Assembly (NCBI GenBank): GCA_947178475.1
Contig: CAMWYM010000003.1
Coordinates: 3,358 to 67,357 of the forward strand
Reading direction: 5' to 3'
Length of the DNA stretch: 64,000 bases
Source of the DNA: an uncultured Clostridium sp.
GTDB taxonomy: Bacteria; Bacillota; Clostridia; Lachnospirales; Lachnospiraceae
Below, piece after piece: positions 47,754-56,397 of the stretch. A model generated the notes under the pieces. It was given only the letters and a program-made list of their open reading frames with translations. It was not told the DNA's origin and searched no databases. Position numbers and translations under genes: made by a program. Numbering within the stretch: position 1 is the stretch's first letter; each line of letters begins with the position of its first letter.

Positions 47754-48101
47754 TTATTCTTCCACTTCCTCAACAAAATCTTCTGACATTTCCTCTTCTA
47801 AAGGATTATCCCCTGATTCCACCAAAGCAAGCCTATCCTGAAGCTTCTTGATTCGGATGTTAATGGTGTCAACGCTGGAAACAAATTCATCAACCGCCTC
47901 ATCAATATTAGTGCCTTCCTTTTTCGAGATATAAATATCCATTCCTATCTGTGTAAACAGCTTATTCTTGTCATTCTTGTATCCCCTGATTTTGGATTTC
48001 AAATCATTGACTGTAGCCAGCCTCTTTGTCGTATCCTTTGCTTTATCCACTGCATTAGATGAAGTGGCTTTCACCTTATCCAAAAAATCATTAAATGCCA
48101 T
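47754..48101 (-). CDS. Hypothetical small coiled-coil protein with an acidic C-terminus
   Basis: 115-aa ORF with a clean ATG. I recognise no family. Confidence 0.5.
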   Translation of the reverse strand: MAFNDFLDKVKATSSNAVDKAKDTTKRLATVNDLKSKIRGYKNDKNKLFTQIGMDIYISKKEGTNIDEAVDEFVSSVDTINIRIKKLQDRLALVESGDNPLEEEMSEDFVEEVEE

Positions 48102-48164
48102 ATTTCTATCCTCTCTTTCTATGTTTTTCCACTACCTGCCCTTTGGCATCAGACATTATAGTGT

Positions 48165-49127
48165 TTAGAAGTATACAACCTCTTCCTCCGCCTTGTCTGC
48201 CTTTTCAATCTTTTGTGCATATAACACTGGTCCATCCCCGTCAAATTCCTTATAAAATTCACATTTTACCTTTGCCGTTACCGTCACCCACTCCCTATCC
48301 TTTAAATTCGGAGTCTCCATGGAATTGCATTTAAAACCAAGAAAAGTGATATCCTCTGCACAGCAGGTCATCGCAAACCTTCCCGGAACAAAAGCCTTTC
48401 CCTTATACTGGGGAGGACAGTACACCTGTCCTTTAAACTTGACGATCTTATCTATATATTTTTCCGGATTATCGGAAGCGTCAATATAGAAAATCCCAAA
48501 ATCCTCATCCTCAATCTCCACCACATCAGCATCAAGATTATAAGGAATTTCTATTTCACCATTATCCACCTGCGCCTGTCCATTGACATTCTCAAACACA
48601 ATCTGTGCCCGGCGGTTAATTGTCTTTACCGCCATACGCATGGTATTGATATCCGAATCATCGGTACAGCGGTTAAATATCACCATATCTCCGCTTTGAA
48701 TGTGTTCCGCCATAAGAGATTTCATATTGTTGTTATACACGGTAAAGGTCTGTGCATCAATCAGAGTAATAACCTGTACAATAGTCCAGCCCTTCGGTAC
48801 CCGGATAGTAAAAAGCTTATCTAACTGCCACATACCGTTATACTCAATCATAACCTGAGCCGGCTCATACTCATCCTGTAAATCCAGTAGCCTTTCTGTA
48901 TTAATATCCTCTTCCTCCAGATATACAACGGAAATATTGCGCTTTTTGAGCTCCTCCTCGTCATACTCCTCTATACCTTCTTCTGTCACCAGTAAAAGAG
49001 TGGGTTCTCCCTCCGTGAAGTTACGCTCCACCAATGTCTCCCTGCAAAACTGTGTCTTTCCGCTTTCCAGAAAACCCATAAAGATAAATACCGGAATCTC
49101 TTTTTCCTGCTTTCTCATACCTGTCAT
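48165..49127 (-). CDS. CobW-N-like P-loop domain fused to a DUF1980/TIGR03943-like C-terminal domain
   Basis: The N-terminus ..FIFMGFLESGKTQF.. is GxxxxGKT but has no CxCC motif. The C-terminus ..VPGRFAMTCCAEDITFLGFKC.. resembles the conserved CC-containing motif of TIGR03943 proteins as I recall it. The ggagga RBS lies within the end of the upstream cobW gene. Confidence 0.55.
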   Translation of the reverse strand: MTGMRKQEKEIPVFIFMGFLESGKTQFCRETLVERNFTEGEPTLLLVTEEGIEEYDEEELKKRNISVVYLEEEDINTERLLDLQDEYEPAQVMIEYNGMWQLDKLFTIRVPKGWTIVQVITLIDAQTFTVYNNNMKSLMAEHIQSGDMVIFNRCTDDSDINTMRMAVKTINRRAQIVFENVNGQAQVDNGEIEIPYNLDADVVEIEDEDFGIFYIDASDNPEKYIDKIVKFKGQVYCPPQYKGKAFVPGRFAMTCCAEDITFLGFKCNSMETPNLKDREWVTVTAKVKCEFYKEFDGDGPVLYAQKIEKADKAEEEVVYF

Positions 49128-49136
49128 TCCTCCAAA

Positions 49137-50330
49137 CTATACGTGGAATAATTCCGCAATTTTGTCTTCCTTAAGCTCACTTCCAATCACACAAAGCTTT
49201 CCGGTTACATCCGGCTGACCTTCTCTCACTTCATATTCCTCCGGAGTTAAATCAAAATATATCCATCCGCCATCGCTGCACGGAACCATCCCTTTTGCGC
49301 GTAAAATAATACCGTACTCAGGATGTTCAGAGTCTGCCAGCTTTTGAAGGATTTCCTCCATTTCTGCCTTTCCATACTGATGCGGGGTTTCCCTTCCCCA
49401 ACTGGTAAACACATCATCTGCGTGATGATGATGCCCACACTCACCGTCATGGTGATGATGTCCACAGCCACACTCATCGTCATGATGATGACCTTCATGA
49501 TCATGCTCTTCGTGATGGTGGTCATGGCAATGCTCTTCATGACCGTGTTCTTCATGATGATGACCTTCATGGTCGTGCTCTTCGTGATGATGCTCATGGT
49601 GGTGCTCTTCATGCCCATGTCCTTCATGGTCGTGCTCTTCGTGATGATGCTCATGATGATGGTATTCTCCATGCTCATGCACATGACCACAGGTAGGGCA
49701 TACTCTTGCCTCCTCCATCAGCTCCTCCACCAAAGATTTTTCCTTCTCCATAGCCGCCACAATCTGACTACCATCAATATCATCCCATGCAGTGGTAATC
49801 ACTGTTGCTTTCTCATTGTGTTCCTTAATCATCGCTACAACAGCTTCTAATTTCTCTTCGGTCATTTTCTGACTTCTGCTGAGAATAATTGTTCCTGCAC
49901 TTTCAATCTGGTTATTAAAGAATTCGCCAAAATTCTTCATATACATTTTACATTTCTGTGCATCCACAACCGTTGAGGCTGAATTAATCACAATTGCCTC
50001 CTCATGCATATCGGCAACCGCTTTCATGACATCAGATAATTTACCAACACCGGAAGGCTCGATAATAATCCGGTCAGGGGTATATTCATCTAAAACCTGC
50101 TTTAATGCCTCGCCGAAATCACCCACCAGCGAACAACAAATACATCCTGAATTCATCTCATTAATCTGAACTCCTGCATCCTTTAAAAATCCCCCGTCAA
50201 TACCAATCTCGCCAAATTCATTTTCAATCAGAACGAGTTTTTCGCCCTGAAAGCCTTCAGCAATCAGCTTTTTTATCAGTGTTGTCTTTCCTGCCCCTAA
50301 AAAGCCTGAAATAATATCAATTTTTGTCAT
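49137..50330 (-). CDS. COG0523/CobW-family metallochaperone GTPase with a ~90-residue His-rich insert
   Basis: MTKIDIISGFLGAGKTTL (Walker A), GCICCSL (CxCC), then HVHEHGEYHHHEHHHEEHDHEGHGHEEHHHEHHHEEHDHEGHHHEE...CGCGHHHHDGECGHHHH. The ATG at 50330 follows ggagg. Confidence 0.85.
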   Translation of the reverse strand: MTKIDIISGFLGAGKTTLIKKLIAEGFQGEKLVLIENEFGEIGIDGGFLKDAGVQINEMNSGCICCSLVGDFGEALKQVLDEYTPDRIIIEPSGVGKLSDVMKAVADMHEEAIVINSASTVVDAQKCKMYMKNFGEFFNNQIESAGTIILSRSQKMTEEKLEAVVAMIKEHNEKATVITTAWDDIDGSQIVAAMEKEKSLVEELMEEARVCPTCGHVHEHGEYHHHEHHHEEHDHEGHGHEEHHHEHHHEEHDHEGHHHEEHGHEEHCHDHHHEEHDHEGHHHDDECGCGHHHHDGECGHHHHADDVFTSWGRETPHQYGKAEMEEILQKLADSEHPEYGIILRAKGMVPCSDGGWIYFDLTPEEYEVREGQPDVTGKLCVIGSELKEDKIAELFHV

Positions 50331-50358
50331 ATTCACGCCTCCAATATAATAAGTTTAA

Positions 50359-50373
50359 TGATAACAATTATTA
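50359..50373 (-). promoter_or_regulatory. Fur-family (Zur-like) 7-1-7 box upstream of the cobW pair
   Basis: tgataacaattatta matches TGATAATNATTATCA at 12 of 14 defined positions. It lies 29-43 nt upstream of the cobW ATG and overlaps the LRR gene stop codon. Confidence 0.55.
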
Positions 50374-52527
50374 TTTGATTTTAACTGTCTTAGCCTGTCC
50401 CTTATTGGCAAATTTCTTTTTGTATTTCTTTAATTTCTTTTTGGTCATTTTGGGCAGCTTAATTGTCGCCTTTTTGTTAATTCCTTTAAACGCATTCTTG
50501 TTTACTTTTGTCACAACCTTAGATTTCACAGTAATCTTATTAAGCTTCTTGCAGTTGCTAAATGCCTCTTTTCCTATAGTCTTGACATTTTCTCCAATCG
50601 TAACCTTCTTTAGCTTTGTATTTTTCTTGAATGCCTTATTAGCAATTGCTGTCACCTTAAATGTATATCCGTTAATATCAACTGTTGCCGGAATAGTTAT
50701 GTTCTTTTGCTTTTTATTTATTGCACTCACAACCGTTACCGTACCCTTTTGCGCATCCGCAACCGTTACCTGATAAATCAAATTACCGATGGTAACCTTT
50801 TCCCCTTTAGTTGGGAGAACCGCCTTGGAAATTAACTGCTGCGCATATGCATTCTTAGAGGTATCAATATTTTTCAACGTCTCCTCTGATACACCATCAA
50901 AACTTGAATTGGAAATGTAAGTTACATTTTCAGGAATAACCATTTGATGAATATTCTGACAATCCTTAAACGCATTATCTCCGATATTCTTAAGTGAATC
51001 CGGTAAAATAATGGTATTTAAGTTAGTACAGCCGGAAAAAGTGTCGTTTTCAATATCCGTTACCCCTTCCGGAATATCAATCTTATGCATATTCTGGCAG
51101 CCCTGAAATGCACCTGTACCGATTTTGTCAAGTCTTTCACCTAAAAATACCACTTCGTTTAAATTGGCATTACCGGCAAAGGCATAGCCCTCAATCGACA
51201 AAAGCGTTGCCGGCATAGTAATGGTATGCAGGTTCGGACATTCTGCAAAGGTATATGCAGGTAAAACTGTGATTTGAGTCTTGGATATATCCGGTGTCCG
51301 GTTAGTAATGCCGGCAAAGCAATAGCTGGCAATCGTGGTAACAGAAGCCGGCAGTGCAATATCCAGATTCTGATTATAGGCAAACGCATACATTCCGATA
51401 GTTGTAACAGTTGAATTCTCTGCAAAGGTAATACGGAGCAGATTGCTCTCATAAAATGCATATTCATCAATCTGTCTGACAGTACTAGAAACCGTAACCT
51501 CCTGCAGTCCTGTTTTATTTATAGCAAACGGATATATTTCTTCAATCCCCTCCGGAAGAGAATACTGAAGACTGTTGCTTTCATCACGGAAGCCCGGTGC
51601 CAGACGATATAACTTTTTCCTGTCTATCGACATCAGGCAGGCACCGACACCCTCGACCAAATTCATTCCACCCTCATTACTGTCACAAAACATAGTGTTT
51701 CCGTCCATCACATCAAAGCTCGCAAAATTACAGCCGTTAAACACATTATCTCCGATAGCTGCCAGACCTGCAGGTATCACCACACAGCTGCCTTTGTCAA
51801 TAATTTCGTAAAAGGTTATCGAAGTCTCGTCAATAACCCTGATACACTTTGACCAGTTAAACCAACTGGCATCTCCATGAATATCCTTTTTGACTTTCCC
51901 GCCGTCAGCATCATAGACACACACAGCTTGAAGGCCTGTACATCCATTAAAGGTGTCATCTCCTATTGCAATAATGGTATCTGGTATAATCACCCTGGTT
52001 ACAGCCGTATTTTCCTTAAATGTACCTGACAGTCCCTTTACCTCTATGCCGTTAATCCTTGCAGGAATAATAACCTCACCGTTCCACTGCGGGGTACTGT
52101 CATTGATATATCCAGTGATTAATCCATCTGCACTAATGGTAAATTGTCCCTCTGCAGTAAAGCTTTTGCTGTCCTTTGTGCTTTCTATAATCTGCTCGCG
52201 TGTTTCCTCTGGGGTCTCGTTTTCTGTGCCGCCTTCCTCCGAACCACTTCCTGTACCGGATCCGCCGTTATCTCCCGAATCACTGCCGGAGTCCTCTCCG
52301 CCGTTATCTCCCAAATCTCCTCCGTTGTTTTCCCCGGTACTATTTTCTTTGTCGTCAGTTCCCTCCTGATTACCGTCCTCAATTTCCTGTGGCTGACTAC
52401 CCTCAGTCACCTTGTCATCACTGGCAGCCTCCACTGTCTGACCGGGAAGCAGCAGACAGTTAATAACCATTACCGCCGCAACCAGCCATGCTCCAAAACG
52501 CTTCTTTGCTCTCTTTCCCTTAGTCAT
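50371..52527 (-). CDS. Secreted BspA-type leucine-rich-repeat (LRR_5) surface protein
   Basis: 718 aa with a signal peptide and a G/S/D/E-rich linker. It has many repeats of the type ..IPxxVxxIGxxAFxxCxxLxxI.. and a lysine-rich C-terminus. Confidence 0.8.
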   Translation of the reverse strand: MTKGKRAKKRFGAWLVAAVMVINCLLLPGQTVEAASDDKVTEGSQPQEIEDGNQEGTDDKENSTGENNGGDLGDNGGEDSGSDSGDNGGSGTGSGSEEGGTENETPEETREQIIESTKDSKSFTAEGQFTISADGLITGYINDSTPQWNGEVIIPARINGIEVKGLSGTFKENTAVTRVIIPDTIIAIGDDTFNGCTGLQAVCVYDADGGKVKKDIHGDASWFNWSKCIRVIDETSITFYEIIDKGSCVVIPAGLAAIGDNVFNGCNFASFDVMDGNTMFCDSNEGGMNLVEGVGACLMSIDRKKLYRLAPGFRDESNSLQYSLPEGIEEIYPFAINKTGLQEVTVSSTVRQIDEYAFYESNLLRITFAENSTVTTIGMYAFAYNQNLDIALPASVTTIASYCFAGITNRTPDISKTQITVLPAYTFAECPNLHTITMPATLLSIEGYAFAGNANLNEVVFLGERLDKIGTGAFQGCQNMHKIDIPEGVTDIENDTFSGCTNLNTIILPDSLKNIGDNAFKDCQNIHQMVIPENVTYISNSSFDGVSEETLKNIDTSKNAYAQQLISKAVLPTKGEKVTIGNLIYQVTVADAQKGTVTVVSAINKKQKNITIPATVDINGYTFKVTAIANKAFKKNTKLKKVTIGENVKTIGKEAFSNCKKLNKITVKSKVVTKVNKNAFKGINKKATIKLPKMTKKKLKKYKKKFANKGQAKTVKIK

Positions 52528-52639
52528 AAAATATCCTCCTTCTTATCATTATTCCCGCATAATCCTCTCGCTGCAATATTCTACCATTATACAATAAAAT
52601 TGCGGAAATTAAAACACCATTTTCTTTATTCCCGCGAGC

Positions 52640-52753
52640 AACGAGCCAAGTGGCTGTTTACAGACATTTGGCGACTGCCGCGAGGGTCAAATCCCCCGCC
52701 CCTTGAGGCATTTCAAATTTACTGCCCTGCTGCTTTACGGCGGGGTCTTTGAC
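52640..52753. repeat. Intergenic repeat family, copy C (inverted orientation, partial) plus a long stem
   Basis: aacgagccaag (52640-52650) and acatttggcgact (52664-52676) are reverse complements of motifs in copy A. gtcaaatcccccgcc (52686-52700) pairs with ggcggggtctttgac (52739-52753). Confidence 0.5.
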
Positions 52754-52821
52754 TGCATAAACGTCATTCCAGGCTCACAACAAGCCTCAAATGCAGCATA
52801 ATCCTGACTCGTATCATCTTG

Positions 52822-53907
52822 TCAGTAAATAGTGCCTTCAATCACCGCACCTCCAACAACGATATCCCCGTCATAAAACACCACAGCCTGTCCCGGTGTT
52901 ATGGCGCGCACCGGCTCGTCAAAATGACATTCTACCCTGTTTGTCCCCGCCATACGTATTCTGCAGGCTGCTCCCTTATGGGAATACCGGATTTTAGCAA
53001 TAACCTTTTTCTCCTCCTCCAATACCGGTATAGACATCCAATTTGGAGCGCTGGCAATCAGACAGTCATGAAACGTATCCTCATTGGTGCCAATCACTAC
53101 CTCATTGGTATCCGGACGAAGCTCTAGCACAAATGCCGGTGCACCGAGAGACAGCCCCAGCCCCTTTCTCTGTCCCACGGTGTAATGAATAATCCCTCTG
53201 TGCGTTCCCAAAACATTTCCCTCTTTATCCACAAAATTCCCACCGGGAAAGGTCTTTCCTGTTTCTCTTTCAATATATGCCGCATAGTCGTTATCCTGAA
53301 CAAAACAGATTTCCTGACTGTCCGGTTTATCCGCCACATTCAGATTAATCTGTTCTGCAATCTTTCTGACCTTTTCCTTGTCATATTCACCGACGGGCAT
53401 CAGCGTTCTTGAGAGCTGCTGCTGTGTCAGACTATACAATGCATAGGTTTGGTCTTTGTTCACCGCAGCAGATTTCTGCAGGGCAAACCGTCCGTTTTCC
53501 AGCTGACATACTCTTGCATAATGCCCGGTTGCTATATAGTCGCATCCCAGCTCCATGGCCCGTCTTAACAGCGACTCCCATTTTACATACCGGTTACAGG
53601 CAATACAAGGGTTTGGTGTTCTCGCATGTATATATTCATCCATAAAATAATCAATGACACACTCTTTGAACTCTCTTTTAAAATTCATCACATAATAAGG
53701 AATCCCCAGGCAGTCCGCCACCCGCCTTGCATCCTCCACAGCAGATAAGCCACAGCAGCCTCCGTTTTGCGCCATGGTAAATTCATCCTCGTCCTGCCAT
53801 ATCTGCATCGTGACACCGATTACCTCGTAGCCCTGTTCCCTTAACAGATAAGCAGCCACTGAGGAATCTACTCCACCGGACATCCCCACCGCAACCCTCT
53901 TTTTCAT
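52822..53907 (-). CDS. mnmA: tRNA 2-thiouridine(34) synthase
   Basis: 361 aa with ..VAVGMSGGVDSSVAA.. (PP-loop), ..NPCIACNRYVKW.. and ..ATGHYAR.. Confidence 0.95.
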   Translation of the reverse strand: MKKRVAVGMSGGVDSSVAAYLLREQGYEVIGVTMQIWQDEDEFTMAQNGGCCGLSAVEDARRVADCLGIPYYVMNFKREFKECVIDYFMDEYIHARTPNPCIACNRYVKWESLLRRAMELGCDYIATGHYARVCQLENGRFALQKSAAVNKDQTYALYSLTQQQLSRTLMPVGEYDKEKVRKIAEQINLNVADKPDSQEICFVQDNDYAAYIERETGKTFPGGNFVDKEGNVLGTHRGIIHYTVGQRKGLGLSLGAPAFVLELRPDTNEVVIGTNEDTFHDCLIASAPNWMSIPVLEEEKKVIAKIRYSHKGAACRIRMAGTNRVECHFDEPVRAITPGQAVVFYDGDIVVGGAVIEGTIY

Positions 53908-53921
53908 ATATATCCTCCATC

Positions 53922-54162
53922 TTTTGTAACCAATTTTACATAATTGCGAAACTCCCTATTTCTAAAATCTAGTTGTGTAATATAGACAATATCGCAAGCA
54001 GGGTACTTTGGAGCCGTCGGTACTTAGGTGCCGTATTTTGGCACCTTATGTACCGCTACGAGCGACAAGTAGCGCAAGCGTGCCCTGCAGTGATTTGTCT
54101 ATATTATACAACGAACGTTTAAAAAGCCGCGTTTCGCAATTACTTATTGTAACCAATTTTGC
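53922..54162. repeat. Intergenic repeat family, copy D: ~209-bp nested imperfect palindrome flanked by 14-bp direct repeats
   Basis: ttgtaaccaatttt occurs at 53924-53937 and 54147-54160. Inverted arm pairs are taattgcgaaac (53941-53952) / gtttcgcaatta (54131-54142), and gttgtgtaatatagacaa (53972-53989) / ttgtctatattatacaac (54095-54112). The central hairpin is ggtacttaggtgcc (54019-54032) / ggcaccttatgtacc (54040-54054). Confidence 0.75.
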
Positions 54163-54171
54163 TCAGAGGAA

Positions 54172-54609
54172 TTAGTACTCCTCTTCCTCCTCACCCTCAC
54201 TGATATCATCCTTTGGCTTTGACAGCCCTTCAATAGTAATTCCACTCTTTTCACAGTAATCCCAAAGTGCAGCGTGAATTGCCTCCTCTGCCAGCAAAGA
54301 GCAATGCACTTTTACCGGCGGAAGTCCGTCTAGGGCCTCCATAACCGCCTTATTGGTCACCTCTAAGGCCTCATAAATCGTCTTCCCCTTCACCAGCTCC
54401 GTAGCCATGGAGCTGGTAGCCACTGCCGCTCCACAGCCAAAGGTCTTGAATTTCACATCACGTATCACCTGATTTTCATCGATATCAAAATAAATGCGCA
54501 TGATATCACCGCACTTTGCATTTCCTACCGTACCTACACCGCTTGCATCCTCAATCTCTCCTACATTTCTCGGATTGGTAAAATGGTCCATTACTTTCTC
54601 ACTGTACAT
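54172..54609 (-). CDS. nifU: Fe-S cluster scaffold protein NifU/IscU type
   Basis: 145 aa with ..GNAKCGDIM.., ..FKTFGCGAA.. and ..VHCSLLAEEA.. Confidence 0.9.
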   Translation of the reverse strand: MYSEKVMDHFTNPRNVGEIEDASGVGTVGNAKCGDIMRIYFDIDENQVIRDVKFKTFGCGAAVATSSMATELVKGKTIYEALEVTNKAVMEALDGLPPVKVHCSLLAEEAIHAALWDYCEKSGITIEGLSKPKDDISEGEEEEEY

Positions 54610-54636
54610 GATATATTCCTCCTATCACAATTGCGT

Positions 54637-55836
54637 TTATTTGTCCAGCTCCGGATTTTTCTTTACAAAATCCTCATAAAGAGGTGACATGGAACGAAGC
54701 TTTGCCACAATTTCTTTAATATTCTCTATTACATAATCCATTTCCTCCATCGTATTCTCCTCGCCGATAGTCATACGAAGTGAGCCGTGTGCAATTTCGT
54801 GTGGCAGTCCGATTGCCAGAAGCACATGGGATGGGTCCAGCGAACCGGAGGTACATGCGGAACCTGACGATGCACAGATTCCTTTCATGTCCAGCATAAT
54901 CAGCATAGATTCGCCCTCAATAAACTGGAAGCTGATATTCACATTGTTTGGCAGACGGCTGGTACGGTGTCCGTTCAGGCGGGAATAGGGTATCTCTGAC
55001 AACAGCCGTTCAATCAGATAATCCCGCATTTCCGTTTCTTTCTTTGCCCTTTCCTCCATAGTGGAAAAAGCAATCTCCACTGCCTTCGACAGTCCCACAA
55101 TTCCAGTTACATTTTCTGTTCCTGCCCTGCGGGAGCGCTCCTGCCCTCCTCCGTGGATAAACTGCCTTAACTTAAGCCCCTTGCGGATATATAAAAAACC
55201 AATCCCCTTTGGTCCGTTTAACTTGTGTCCGGAAGCACTGAGCATATCAATATGATACTCATCTACATTAATGGGCACCTGACCATAAGCCTGCACCGCA
55301 TCTGTATGAAAAATGATATTATTTTCCCTTGCAATTTCTCCAATCTCCTTAATCGGCTGAAGCGTACCGATTTCATTATTGGCAAACATCACTGAAATCA
55401 AAATCGTGTCCGGACGGATAGCAGCCTTCAACTGGTCAAGCTTCACTACACCATTTTCGTCTACATCCAGATAGGTCACTTCAAATCCCTCTTTCTCCAG
55501 ATACCCGGCAGTATGCAAAACTGCATGGTGTTCAATTTTTGTGGTAATAATATGTTTTCCCTTTGCCTGATATGCCTCAGCGGTAGCCTTTATCGCCCAG
55601 TTATCCGATTCCGTACCGCCGGCGGTAAAGTATATCTCATTGCTCTTTGCTCCAAGCGTACCGGCAATTTTATCCCGGCACTCCGTAATAACTGACTTGT
55701 TTTTCTGAGAAAATGTATATATACTGGACGGATTTCCAAAATTTTCGGTAAAGTATGGCAGCATCGCATCAACTACCTCCGGTCTTGCCGCTGTGGTTGC
55801 CGCATGGTCTAAATAAATAAATCGCTTTTCCTCCAT
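54637..55836 (-). CDS. nifS: Cysteine desulfurase NifS
   Basis: 399 aa with ..YLDHAATT.., ..SASGHKLNGPKG.. (PLP Lys) and ..SSGSACTSG.. (active-site Cys). Confidence 0.9.
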   Translation of the reverse strand: MEEKRFIYLDHAATTAARPEVVDAMLPYFTENFGNPSSIYTFSQKNKSVITECRDKIAGTLGAKSNEIYFTAGGTESDNWAIKATAEAYQAKGKHIITTKIEHHAVLHTAGYLEKEGFEVTYLDVDENGVVKLDQLKAAIRPDTILISVMFANNEIGTLQPIKEIGEIARENNIIFHTDAVQAYGQVPINVDEYHIDMLSASGHKLNGPKGIGFLYIRKGLKLRQFIHGGGQERSRRAGTENVTGIVGLSKAVEIAFSTMEERAKKETEMRDYLIERLLSEIPYSRLNGHRTSRLPNNVNISFQFIEGESMLIMLDMKGICASSGSACTSGSLDPSHVLLAIGLPHEIAHGSLRMTIGEENTMEEMDYVIENIKEIVAKLRSMSPLYEDFVKKNPELDK

Positions 55837-55863
55837 GTTAAATTCCTCTTTCCTTAAAATCTG

Positions 55864-56322
55864 TTATATATCACAATTTACGCCGGTACAATCCGATTGC
55901 CGACGCATTTTTCGGTTATCCTCCACCAGCTCATTGAGGTATATGGAATCCACCGCACTCTGAATGCTATCATCAATCCGTTTCCAGACATTTCTCGTCA
56001 CACAGCTCCCACTGCCGGAACAGCCGTCCTCTCCTCGGATTCCGGTACATTTTACCGGCGAAAGGTCTCCCTCTAAAGCCCTGAGAATATCTCCAACGCT
56101 GATCGTGCTGCTTTCCCTCGCCAGCACATAGCCTCCCTGAGACCCCCGGATACTGGTAATCAGCCCCGCCTTTTTTAGTTTTGCCATAAGCTGTTCCAGA
56201 TAGCTGTCAGAAATGGATTGTCTTGCAGCAATATTAGCTATGGACTGCGGCATCTCCTCGGAATAATCCGCAAGGTCAATCATTGCCCGCAAACCATATC
56301 TTCCCTTGGTAGATAATTTCAT
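55864..56322 (-). CDS. Rrf2-family transcriptional regulator (IscR/CymR-like)
   Basis: MKLSTKGRYGLRAMIDLA.., wHTH ..ARQSISDSYLEQLMAKLKKAGLITSIRGSQGGY.., and a Cys cluster (C..C....C). The ATG at 56322 follows gaggtg. Confidence 0.85.
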   Translation of the reverse strand: MKLSTKGRYGLRAMIDLADYSEEMPQSIANIAARQSISDSYLEQLMAKLKKAGLITSIRGSQGGYVLARESSTISVGDILRALEGDLSPVKCTGIRGEDGCSGSGSCVTRNVWKRIDDSIQSAVDSIYLNELVEDNRKMRRQSDCTGVNCDI

Positions 56323-56360
56323 ATGTGTCACCTCAATTCCCACTAAATCAGTCGGATATC

Positions 56361-56381
56361 ACACTGCTAATATAGCAGTGT
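56361..56381. promoter_or_regulatory. 9-3-9 perfect inverted repeat overlapping the -10 box (candidate Rrf2 operator)
   Basis: acactgcta-ata-tagcagtgt. Confidence 0.55.
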
Positions 56382-56397
56382 TTCCTTATTCTGTCAA
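56369..56397 (-). promoter_or_regulatory. Candidate sigma-A promoter of the Rrf2-nifS-nifU-mnmA operon
   Basis: On the minus strand: TTGACA (56397-56392), a 17-nt spacer, then TATATT (56374-56369). It lies about 47 nt upstream of the ATG. Confidence 0.7.

Noticed and set aside
49247-49850. 147-aa minus-strand and 175-aa plus-strand ORFs rich in Met/Thr/Ile/Val
   Set aside because: These are frame-shifted or antisense readings of the His-rich (CAT/CAC-rich) insert of the CobW gene. They are not independent genes.
52682-52710. tRNA gene or tRNA 3' fragment (GGGTCAAATCCCC resembles a T-arm)
   Set aside because: The T-loop is one nucleotide short and the T-stem has a mismatch. I could find no matching acceptor 5' strand, D-arm or anticodon arm. 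At most it is a decayed fragment or a chance resemblance.
50324-52752. Plus-strand ORFs of 149, 138, 202 and 87 aa
   Set aside because: They are antisense to the LRR protein gene. The 202-aa ORF also reads through repeat copy C in the intergenic region. They have low complexity and no translation signals.
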